Below, one piece after another: positions 53,972 to 62,225 of a stretch of DNA of 64,000 bases. Each line of letters starts with the position of its first letter. The first letter of the stretch is position 1. Source of the DNA: Spirochaetota bacterium (GTDB lineage: Bacteria; Spirochaetota; UBA12135; COTS27); the NCBI GenBank assembly GCA_965249715.1, contig CBDFMP010000049.1:8547-72546 (forward strand), read 5' to 3'. Made by a program: the position numbers and the translations under genes. The notes beneath the pieces are model-generated. The model worked only from the letters and a program-made list of their open reading frames with translations, did not search any database and was not told the DNA's origin.

Positions 53972-54658
53972 ATGCGCATTCTTTTACAGCAGGTCTTGCG
54001 TGCCGCCGGCGCGCCGGCGCTTGCGCTCGGTGCGACTTTTTTTGCTTACGGGACGCAAACAAAAATTGCCGGCTTCTCAGTGCTGGAGGCCTGGTTGGCA
54101 CCGGCAGTTATTTATACCATCCCCGGACAGCTCATTGTTGTGGAACAGGCGGCACTCGCTGCCTCGTGGCTGAGTGTCTTGCTTTCCGTCTTCCTCGTCA
54201 ATACGCGCCTTTTGCCGATGACCATGGCGGTCATGCCGCACATTAAAAGTCGTTATCTCTTAGTCAATATCGTCAACGCCCACTTTGTCGCGCTCACCAC
54301 CTGGCTGGGATTTCTGAATGCGCTGCCGCAGCTTAAAGCCCATCCGCAGCTGAGCAGGAGCACATTTTATTTTATATTTGGCGGGCTGCTCTGGTGCATT
54401 GCCTGGAGCGCGGCGCTGTTAGGTTATTTCAGCAAGGATTTTATGAGTCCTGAGTGGCAGTTGGCATTGGTGTACGTGAACCCGCTTTATTTCCTGCTGC
54501 TCATTTGGGAGCAAACACAGCAGCCCGCCAACATGCTGCCTATTGTCTTAGGGGCTGTATTGCTTCCGCCGCTGGCGTTATGGAATGCCGAGTGGAGTAT
54601 TCTTATCGCCGGGCTGATCGGCGGCACACTTGCTTTTTGGCTGAGGCGCCGCAGATGA
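53972..54658 (+). CDS. azlC: AzlC family permease
   Basis: PGQL, VNTRLLPM, hydrophobic; coupled to an AzlD-like ORF. Confidence 0.8.
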   Translation: MRILLQQVLRAAGAPALALGATFFAYGTQTKIAGFSVLEAWLAPAVIYTIPGQLIVVEQAALAASWLSVLLSVFLVNTRLLPMTMAVMPHIKSRYLLVNIVNAHFVALTTWLGFLNALPQLKAHPQLSRSTFYFIFGGLLWCIAWSAALLGYFSKDFMSPEWQLALVYVNPLYFLLLIWEQTQQPANMLPIVLGAVLLPPLALWNAEWSILIAGLIGGTLAFWLRRRR

Positions 54659-54981
54659 AAGAAGTCAGTACCCTGACAATGATAGCCTGTGCCGTAGCGG
54701 CAACCGTTTTTTGGCGTGTGCTTGGGGTGTATGTTGGCAGGCGGTTTAGCGCCGATCATCCGCTTATTGGCTGGGCAAATGCAGTCGCTTACAGTACGGT
54801 GACTGCACTGACCGTAAAACTGTTAGTATTACCTGAAGGAGCATTGGCACTGACATCTGGTCTTCAGCGTTTGGAAGCGTTGGCAGTGGCAGTCGTGGTG
54901 TTTTATGTCACGCGCAGAAATGTCCTGCTTGCTTGTCTGGCGGGTGTAGCGGTTTTTGCTGTATTGCTTTCATGGCATTGA
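54655..54981 (+). CDS. azlD: AzlD domain protein
   Basis: ATGA overlap with azlC; ATVFWRVLG, TRRNVLLA. Confidence 0.75.
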   Translation: MKEVSTLTMIACAVAATVFWRVLGVYVGRRFSADHPLIGWANAVAYSTVTALTVKLLVLPEGALALTSGLQRLEALAVAVVVFYVTRRNVLLACLAGVAVFAVLLSWH

Positions 54982-55172
54982 CGTGACTTTGACTTATAGG
55001 GCATTCCGTCCCGGATATTGTTCCCTGCCGCTGCTGAGCTCATCGTAACCCATCGTAAAAACATCACGATGAAACAGATTTTATGGTAGAACTAAAGATA
55101 AGACATTTAACCGTGAATGAGAATGCGGCTGGATGATGAAGACTGATTTATACAAATAAGGGGGGTTAAGTA

Positions 55173-55955
55173 ATGTTTTACGCACTTAAAGAAGGCAAAT
55201 CAAAAAGGAATGAAGATACTTTAACTTCTTCAATTTTTGGTTTGATGCTGAAGCTACGAACCGAGAACCCACAAACCGATTTAATGTGGGAAATTTTATG
55301 TGCTGCTTGTTTTAATAAAGAGTTGAATAATAAATTTTCTGCTCCCGGTAAGCTGGAGGAGTTTGAGTTTTGGCCATGGTGGGAACTTGGAGCTACGGCT
55401 GCTAAAAAATATGATCAGCGGCACGTTGAACCAGATCTATTCCTTAGCTTTGAGAAGCTAGATGTTATTATTGAAGCTAAGCGATCGGATGCTAACCAGC
55501 AATATGAAGATCAATGGAAAAGGGAACTTAGCGGGTATTTTACTTCTGTTAGGGAGGGTAGAGATAAACCTGTTTGTATGTTTGCTGTAGGCGGACTTTA
55601 TTCTCATAAAACAAAGCCGATCGAGCTCACTGAGATTTTTATGAAGGCTGAAGTCGAGGCAGCTGTTTTTAAACAAGTTAAAGAGGGAAGTATTAACGTT
55701 TATAAATTTACGTGGGAGCGAATTTTAGAACAAATAATTAAACTTAAAAAGAAACAGGACTTTAGCCGTGAAATTGCTGATAGCGGGGGCATATTATGCA
55801 ATGTTTTAATCGACCTTATTGGGGCATTTGATTTGCATGGTTATATTGCTTATACATGGTTTGAGACACTGCCTGCTGCAAACTTTTCAGGTATTACAGA
55901 CATTAGCAGCCATGGAGCTCTGAATGCTTGGAATCCAGCTGCATGGAAAAGTTAA
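55173..55955 (+). CDS. PD-(D/E)xK nuclease-like protein
   Basis: EDTLTSSIFG, EPDLFL, IIEAK, Q...Q motifs; AT-rich. Confidence 0.7.
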   Translation: MFYALKEGKSKRNEDTLTSSIFGLMLKLRTENPQTDLMWEILCAACFNKELNNKFSAPGKLEEFEFWPWWELGATAAKKYDQRHVEPDLFLSFEKLDVIIEAKRSDANQQYEDQWKRELSGYFTSVREGRDKPVCMFAVGGLYSHKTKPIELTEIFMKAEVEAAVFKQVKEGSINVYKFTWERILEQIIKLKKKQDFSREIADSGGILCNVLIDLIGAFDLHGYIAYTWFETLPAANFSGITDISSHGALNAWNPAAWKS

Positions 55956-55968
55956 ATGGAGAACTTAG

Positions 55969-56712
55969 ATGAACGCAGAAAATAAGCCCAGCAGTGAAGC
56001 TGAAATAGAGAAATCTTTTATTGAGGTTAGAAAAGCATATAGGTTGCTTTTTTCATATCAAAAACGAGTGATTCATTTGATGAAATATATCGAAAAACAC
56101 TTAAGGAACAGCCTTGATTATTCTTTTAGGGAAGGCTTTCCGTTGTATCATGGAATAGAGAATATTGATAAGAGAAAAGTTTTAGATTATGTGGCTAGGT
56201 GGGAATGGTTAAAACTGTATTATTTTCAGTTTTGGTTTATGGGGCGTGCTAATATAGGGTATGGCAAAAGTGTCCCCAAAGCTGAAAACAAAGAAATTCT
56301 TTTCGGTGTTGCATTACAGAGTGACTCAGGCGCTTCCGACAAACACAAAAAAAATACACTCGGACGTTGGGATCCTAATGCAATGGAAGTAGAAAACTTT
56401 TGTCCTGCTGAAGGGGCAAAAACAAGATTAATTTTTGTGGTTGGCTCGTATGATGACTGGTGCGTTAAGGATGATTATTGGGGCATTAATGGTACACTCA
56501 GGTTGCTTGATAATAATAATTGGAAAGATCCAAAAGAGCACGAAGAGCCCGAATATGAATTGAATAAGATAAATGATAAGCCAGCTCGCATAATTGGCAA
56601 GGCTTACAACTTAGCCAGCTTTAGCAATGAAGAAAAAACAATAGCCAAGCTTGATGACTTTAAAAAACACTGCGAGGGAAAAGATTTTATGTTAGTAAAG
56701 GGAACTTGGTAA
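55969..56712 (+). CDS. Hypothetical protein coupled to the nuclease-like gene
   Basis: 247-aa AT-rich ORF, GGAG RBS, 13 bp after the previous stop. Confidence 0.8.
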   Translation: MNAENKPSSEAEIEKSFIEVRKAYRLLFSYQKRVIHLMKYIEKHLRNSLDYSFREGFPLYHGIENIDKRKVLDYVARWEWLKLYYFQFWFMGRANIGYGKSVPKAENKEILFGVALQSDSGASDKHKKNTLGRWDPNAMEVENFCPAEGAKTRLIFVVGSYDDWCVKDDYWGINGTLRLLDNNNWKDPKEHEEPEYELNKINDKPARIIGKAYNLASFSNEEKTIAKLDDFKKHCEGKDFMLVKGTW

Positions 56713-56816
56713 AGCAGTATTACCATTTCTTGCAAGTTTCCACATAAATAAAAACAATTTAAATTTGCGTGTATGCTGAGGGAGACTCGCCCTTAGCCAG
56801 AACCCAACACCCCCCT

Positions 56817-56883
56817 CCGCAATCGCCAGTGTGGCGTAAGTGATAAGAAACGCTGTCCCGCGGCGCGCTGCAATAATGTAAGC
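56817..56883 (-). repeat. Divergent hemB 3'-end relic 3; direct repeat with 58503..58572
   Basis: Near-identical to 58503..58572; minus strand reads GTAFLITYATLAIA versus HemB GTAFVITYAALTIA. Confidence 0.9.
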
Positions 56884-56936
56884 ATAAAAATAGAAGTTGA
56901 TGTAAAAAAATTAAATAGTTAATGTAGGGCAAGAGT

Positions 56937-58529
56937 ATGAGTAAGAGAATAACCCTATCAATACGCCTTTTGAAAGAAGGTGTTCCTCCTGAGGACGCGT
57001 TTAAAGAACAACCAGAATCGGAGTTGGGAAAGTATGATCAAATAGCTGAGGCTAAGTATTATATTGATAAAGGCTGGAGCTTCCCACCTGATTGGGTAAA
57101 GTATCTTGGTTGGGAAAAGCCGAAGGTAAGTACTGCAAGTGCTTTATTATTTATTCCTATAAGTGATAGTGGGGGCAATCACAGACATTTTGTAGTTAGT
57201 TTTGGTTATGGGTATGCCAAGCTAAATGATGATAGGTTAGTTAGTGACTTTGGGTTAATAACTGCATTAAATATGTTAGACAATGACGGCATCAAAAGCT
57301 CCAGTGTTTTTGCCCCTTCTGATCATTCCAAACAAAAAAAAACTCAAACAACTCGGGCATCGAGCTTAGTTGGGCATGATATGGACTACTATACCCAGAT
57401 TCTTAAAAATGTTACGGGAAGAGTAAAAGATAAATATGAAGTATTGTCTAAAAATATCACTGCTAGTTTACAATCTATTAAAATTAGTACAGGCGAAGAA
57501 GTAAAAAATCTTCCTGAGTTATGCCGTAAATTTTTAGAAATTTATCAGAAAGAAGATTATAAGGAGAATTTTAAAGATCTTTTTTATATCGAACGAATAA
57601 AAGAAAAAGATCTTTGTGAAAAATTAAATAAAAAACTGATCAAAGGCATTCAAGATAAATCAGATAATATTTATCTTGAAGTTCCCGAATTAATTGATTT
57701 TCAATCTGTAAGTAAATGGCAAATCAAGTTTAAAGGCAATAGATCTAAGAAAGAATTTGATGATGTTCCAACTATAAAAGAATTTCACGGTGCAATTTCA
57801 GAGTATTCTCATATAGGTGAAATTAAAGTTGAATCTCTAAAGAAGTGGGAGATTAATTTGTTGGATGAAAATGATACTTCGCAACACTCTTTTAGCATAT
57901 TTAAATGCTTGGTATTTGAAACTAATTTAGATGAAGAAACTTATTGTTTTTCTCATGGTTATTGGTATCATATTAATTCTGATTTTAAAGAAGAAGTGAT
58001 ATCTAAGACTGAAGAGTATAAGATTGAAAAAATTAATGGTAAAAGTATTCCGATATTTGCCCATCAAAACGAAGCTGCTTATAACGAAGACTTAGCAAAA
58101 AGTACAAATGGAAAGTTATTAGATAAAAATTGTATTTCAATGGGAGGGTACGATAAAATTGAGCTTTGTGATGTACTTTACATTTCTAATAACGGAAAAA
58201 CTACTTTTTTGCACGTCAAAATAAAACATGGCGGGTCCTCAGGATTAAGCCATTTATTTGCTCAGGGAGATAATTCTCTTACTCTATTGCGCAGTAAAGA
58301 TAGTAAATTTATTGAGGGCATTAAGGTGGTCACTAATTTGGGATTAGAAGATATTGATAAAGACGTTAAGGTTCATTTTCTTATTATAAGTAAGAATGGT
58401 AGAGATATTCCTTTTTTTGCAAAGGTTTCTCTTTTTAAAACAATAAAAGAAATAATATCTAAAAATTCCAAAGTTCAGTGGTCTGTTCAGTTAAATACAA
58501 TGCCGCAATCGCCAGCGCGGCGTAAGTGA
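56937..58529 (+). CDS. TIGR04141/DUF6119-like sporadically distributed protein
   Basis: LSIRLLKEG, PPDW, SFGYG, DFGLITALN, NEAAYN, IELCDV, HVK, LSHLFAQG. Confidence 0.8.
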   Translation: MSKRITLSIRLLKEGVPPEDAFKEQPESELGKYDQIAEAKYYIDKGWSFPPDWVKYLGWEKPKVSTASALLFIPISDSGGNHRHFVVSFGYGYAKLNDDRLVSDFGLITALNMLDNDGIKSSSVFAPSDHSKQKKTQTTRASSLVGHDMDYYTQILKNVTGRVKDKYEVLSKNITASLQSIKISTGEEVKNLPELCRKFLEIYQKEDYKENFKDLFYIERIKEKDLCEKLNKKLIKGIQDKSDNIYLEVPELIDFQSVSKWQIKFKGNRSKKEFDDVPTIKEFHGAISEYSHIGEIKVESLKKWEINLLDENDTSQHSFSIFKCLVFETNLDEETYCFSHGYWYHINSDFKEEVISKTEEYKIEKINGKSIPIFAHQNEAAYNEDLAKSTNGKLLDKNCISMGGYDKIELCDVLYISNNGKTTFLHVKIKHGGSSGLSHLFAQGDNSLTLLRSKDSKFIEGIKVVTNLGLEDIDKDVKVHFLIISKNGRDIPFFAKVSLFKTIKEIISKNSKVQWSVQLNTMPQSPARRK

Positions 58530-58677
58530 TAAGAAACGCTGTCCCGCGGCACCGCGCTGCAATAATGTAAGCTGCCCGCTAATGACGGCGTGTTCGGATC
58601 AATCCACCCATTAGCGCGGCGGCGATAGGAAGCGGCGGATTGAGGATTGAGCTGCTGCAGCATGGCGATAATGTCCA
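58503..58677 (-). pseudogene. Divergent hemB 3'-end relic 2
   Basis: Minus-strand blocks DIIAML, ANGWID and GTAFLITYAALAIA are colinear with the HemB C-terminus (61180..61381). Confidence 0.88.
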
Positions 58678-58731
58678 TTGTGCCGCCCAACTGTACGCGC
58701 GATGACTTTATTGAATGTATGGTCAATTAGG

Positions 58732-59634
58732 CTACTGTTCGCGTTTGTTTAAGACGGCTGAAAGACTCCCATCGATATTCGTTAACGTTAGTGTAACGGT
58801 GAAGTGACTTTCATTGTGATTGATAACATTGCCAGCTGTGTCGCGTTCGGCAATGCACAGCTTCCCCTCTTCTAATACTTCACGTAGATAATAACCTGTG
58901 TCGTCTTCGTCCGGATCATCAAAGGTGTATAAAGTTCCATCAACTGCGGTGGCGCTGTACCCAGCTGGGAGATCTTCTCCATTGGTGATCATCCCTGTGG
59001 CAGAAACAGCGTTCAGACCTTTGAGATGGAAGGTGTCGTTTAAGAACTGTACACTAATTTGGCGATTAGCGAAAGACACGTCAAGCAGTAATGTAGGATT
59101 AGGCTTAGTAACATGGCTGGTAGCGACTATTTCACTGACTGCTGTTCCATTGTAATTAATAGAAATGTCGTAAATGATGCTTTTGCCCGCATTATTTATG
59201 ATGACAACACTGTTTGCCAGTAAAGCGTTTGTACTTTTAGCACCTGCTTGATCTGGAATGTTAATGCTGATGTTGCCGTCTGCAATGGTGAACGTCTCCG
59301 CAACTTCTGTAATGATGAGCATGCCAATATTGTCTTCTACCGCTTCACACGGCGGCAGGGTACAGGCATTGGTGACCTCCGCTAAGACAATACGCGCATT
59401 GGTGAACTGAGCGGTGACGTCGGTTGTGGCTGGCAATACGTCAATGGAAACATCCGCTAATTCGGATGTGCGCAGATCGAAAAAACTGATAGCACTGCTG
59501 ATGCTGTATTCAAACTCAGGCACAAGCGAATGATTGGTAATTTCACTGGCGGCACAACTTGTGAAGAGCGGCAGCAAGACAATGAACTGCAGTACACCTA
59601 CGGTGACAGCAAAATACCCCAAAATTGCCCCCAT
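58732..59634 (-). CDS. Putative lipoprotein of unknown function
   Basis: Hydrophobic N-terminus ending LFTSC; AAGGG RBS; acidic, Thr-rich. Confidence 0.65.
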   Translation of the reverse strand: MGAILGYFAVTVGVLQFIVLLPLFTSCAASEITNHSLVPEFEYSISSAISFFDLRTSELADVSIDVLPATTDVTAQFTNARIVLAEVTNACTLPPCEAVEDNIGMLIITEVAETFTIADGNISINIPDQAGAKSTNALLANSVVIINNAGKSIIYDISINYNGTAVSEIVATSHVTKPNPTLLLDVSFANRQISVQFLNDTFHLKGLNAVSATGMITNGEDLPAGYSATAVDGTLYTFDDPDEDDTGYYLREVLEEGKLCIAERDTAGNVINHNESHFTVTLTLTNIDGSLSAVLNKREQ

Positions 59635-59919
59635 GATTTCCCCTTGGTTAGTAGTGGTTAGAGGACATCAAACACAAAACACTTGCTGTTATTATAACAT
59701 GTATTGCTACAATGAAAATACAGGGTTTTGAATTTAAACTTAGAGCCAGTTGCAGCTGTTGTGGCATTGTAGCCAGCTTGTAAATGCAGCCCGCCATAAA
59801 CTGGCGGGGGGGCAAAATTGGATGATTGATTGAAATGCGCTCAGCGCGGTGCTGAGTGGTTTTTATGTAGTTGGGAAAAGCGTTCTTTTGGAAAGGCTAT
59901 ACGCTCACCATTTACATTG

Positions 59920-60774
59920 TTAATGCAATGCTGCCCGTGCGGGTTCAGCTTGTGCAGCGGGTGAGTGATAATCGTACTGAGCCTGCGTTTTGTTTGCAGG
60001 CAGGCGATGTTCAGGAGCTATTTTTCCGCCAGTGCGGAGCCGCTGCTTGATCATTTTGTAGTACTGAGGATGCAGCTCAGCGCTGATAAAATTGCGTTCA
60101 AGACTCCGGCAGAGCAGCAGTTCATTGCCGCTGCCGCCGAAGAGAATGCAGCAATCATCGCCGCGCCGCGTGGCAGCTTGGATGAGCATGGTCACAAGCG
60201 GGAGGGGGATTTGGCAGGCGTGGAAAGTTTTATCTTTGTTGACGTTTTTCACAAGATTAAAATAAAACCAGTTATACGGCATCGCGCCTTTATGCCCGGC
60301 AGCCAAACGCGCCTGAATGCGTTTATCGTTGAGGTTTTTGTAGGGCACTGCAACTTGATTTTTATAAAAATGATTGTTTTTACTTTTAGTAGCGTGCAGA
60401 ATGGAGCGATGCGCAGTGGTGAAACGTTTGCGGCTGTGACCAACATTAGTATTGTAAACCCATGCGTAATCCTGTACGGCATGGGCGTTATTGTCTAAAT
60501 ACTTAACGCGCAGGTAGGCGTTTTGCTTGGGGTAATTGATGAGGAAGAGGTTGCCTGTGGGTTTGAGGACACGCAATGCGGCAGCTGTCAGCTCACAGTA
60601 CCAGTCGATGTACGCGTCCCATTTTTTATTGTAATGGCGACCTGCATAAGATACGCCGACATTGTAATCGGGGTCGCCGTAAATAAAGTCAAGCGATGCG
60701 GGCGGAAGCCGTCCCAGTAATTTAAGGATATCCTCTTGAAAGACCTGATTTCTAAAAGGCTTCAATGCGTCCAT
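59920..60774 (-). CDS. N4/N6 DNA methyltransferase, beta class, orphan
   Basis: DPDY catalytic-type motif, RVLKPTG, H.CQ.P, FGGSG SAM-binding motif after the catalytic motif. Confidence 0.88.
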   Translation of the reverse strand: MDALKPFRNQVFQEDILKLLGRLPPASLDFIYGDPDYNVGVSYAGRHYNKKWDAYIDWYCELTAAALRVLKPTGNLFLINYPKQNAYLRVKYLDNNAHAVQDYAWVYNTNVGHSRKRFTTAHRSILHATKSKNNHFYKNQVAVPYKNLNDKRIQARLAAGHKGAMPYNWFYFNLVKNVNKDKTFHACQIPLPLVTMLIQAATRRGDDCCILFGGSGNELLLCRSLERNFISAELHPQYYKMIKQRLRTGGKIAPEHRLPANKTQAQYDYHSPAAQAEPARAALH

Positions 60775-60825
60775 TGTAATGGCTTAGCGTACACCTCAGC
60801 CTTTATGTTGCATTGAGCAATTTTT

Positions 60826-60866
60826 TTCGGCGATAGTCAGCGCAGCCGTAATGACAAAAGCTGTGC
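60826..60866 (-). repeat. Near-identical hemB 3'-end relic 1 (copy of 61177..61220)
   Basis: TTCGGCGATAGTCAGCGCAGC---CGTAATGACAAAAGCTGTGC; two synonymous changes and a 3-bp deletion. Confidence 0.9.
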
Positions 60867-60886
60867 AGGTGTGTTGGATTGCCCCT

Positions 60887-61069
60887 TTATGCTATATCCT
60901 CAACATTAGCTATTGACGCATTTTCTTTTACAGATTTTATGCCGTTTTCGCAAGCTTGTTTGCTGCTGTATCCTTCAGAAGTAGCGATAATTTCACCATT
61001 TTTTGCCCTTAGCCTGAAACGATATTCATCAGCCCGATCTTTGAATATTTGAAATTTTGGATTTTCCAT
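60887..61069 (-). CDS. YegP/DUF1508 family protein
   Basis: FQIFKD..EYRFRLRAKNGEIIATSEGYSSK..CENGI.SVK.NA; GGGAG RBS. Confidence 0.92.
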   Translation of the reverse strand: MENPKFQIFKDRADEYRFRLRAKNGEIIATSEGYSSKQACENGIKSVKENASIANVEDIA

Positions 61070-61161
61070 TTTTGTGTCTCCCAATTGTTTTTACTAAACT
61101 GTAATTGTTGTTGAACTAATGCCCACCAATAGATTCTAATATAAGTAGCAATAAAATCGGG

Positions 61162-62199
61162 TTAAATTAATTTGTGTTCAGCGATAGTTAGCGCAGCGTA
61201 CGTAATGACAAAAGCTGTGCCGGCACGCTGAAAGGCGGTGAACAGCTCGGCGAGCGCGGCATGTTCATCGAGCCACCCCTTAGCAGCAGCAGCTTTAAGC
61301 ATCGCGTATTCACCCGAAACATGGTAGGCGGCGATGGGCAGCGGCGGCTTGAGCTCACGGTGTAACATCGCAATAATGTCTAAATACGGTGTGGCTGGTT
61401 TCACCATCAGCAGGTCTGCGCCCTCAGCGACATCGAGTAAAGCTTCACGTAATGCCTCACGGGCATTGCTGGGATCCATTTGGTAGCTGCGGCGATCGCC
61501 GAACTGCATCTGCGATGCCGCGGCAGTACGGAAGGGACCGTAAAATGCCGAAACAAACTTAACAGCATAACTCAAAATAGGAATTTGCGAGTACTGCTCA
61601 GCATCCAATGCTGTACGGATGGAAGCGACCATGCCGTCTAGCATTGCAGAAGGGGCGATAATGTCAGCGCCAGCTTGTGCCTGGATCACCGCTTGTTTGG
61701 CAAGCAATGGCAAGGTGGCATCGTTATCGACGGTTTGACTTCCAGCGGGTACAATGCCGCAATGTCCGTGTGCGGTGTACTCGCAAAAACAACAATCGGT
61801 GATAACAATGAGCTCAGGAAAACGCGCCTTAATGGTGCGGACAGCTTCGGCGATGACACCAGTGGCGCTGATGGCGTCACTTCCTGATGCGTCCTTGTGT
61901 TTGGGGATGCCGAAAAGGATAATGGCGCGGATGCCGGCATTGAGACAGCGTTCAATGTGCGGAAGCGCACGCGTGGCAGAGTATTGCGATATGCCCGGGA
62001 GCGCTGGAATGGCAGCCTCATGTTCCGGGTGGTGATGGATGAAAAAGGGCATGACCAGCTTACTGGGATTGAGCGCGGTTTCACGCACCAGCGCGCGTAA
62101 CTGAGGACTGCGGCGCAAGCGGCGCGGGCGGTGTTTGAACGGCAATGTCCGCTGTGACGAAGCTTTTAATATTGGCGCTGAGGTCATGGATGTTCCCAC
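61162..62199 (-). CDS. hemB: Porphobilinogen synthase
   Basis: RPRRLR, CFCEYTAHGHCG, FYGPFR, YQMDP, MVKP, AYHVSGEYAM. Confidence 0.98.
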   Translation of the reverse strand: MGTSMTSAPILKASSQRTLPFKHRPRRLRRSPQLRALVRETALNPSKLVMPFFIHHHPEHEAAIPALPGISQYSATRALPHIERCLNAGIRAIILFGIPKHKDASGSDAISATGVIAEAVRTIKARFPELIVITDCCFCEYTAHGHCGIVPAGSQTVDNDATLPLLAKQAVIQAQAGADIIAPSAMLDGMVASIRTALDAEQYSQIPILSYAVKFVSAFYGPFRTAAASQMQFGDRRSYQMDPSNAREALREALLDVAEGADLLMVKPATPYLDIIAMLHRELKPPLPIAAYHVSGEYAMLKAAAAKGWLDEHAALAELFTAFQRAGTAFVITYAALTIAEHKLI

Positions 62200-62225
62200 T
62201 ATATATACTATATATTTATATTCAG

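Noticed and set aside
54454-54654. 175-aa ORF start inside azlC
   Set aside because: The real start is the coupled ATG at 54655.
58487-58726. 79-aa minus-strand ORF as a real gene
   Set aside because: It is a frameshifted read-through of the hemB relic.
59740-59919. Relic of the MTase or hemB 3' end, or a terminator
   Set aside because: Similarity is too weak to align. Hairpins (CCCGCCA..TGGCGGG, CTCAGC..GCTGAG) lack a clear U-tract.
56817-60866. Integron attC sites or IS target-site duplications
   Set aside because: No RYYYAAC/GTTRRRY palindromic structure, no integrase or transposase, and the repeats translate as HemB C-terminus.
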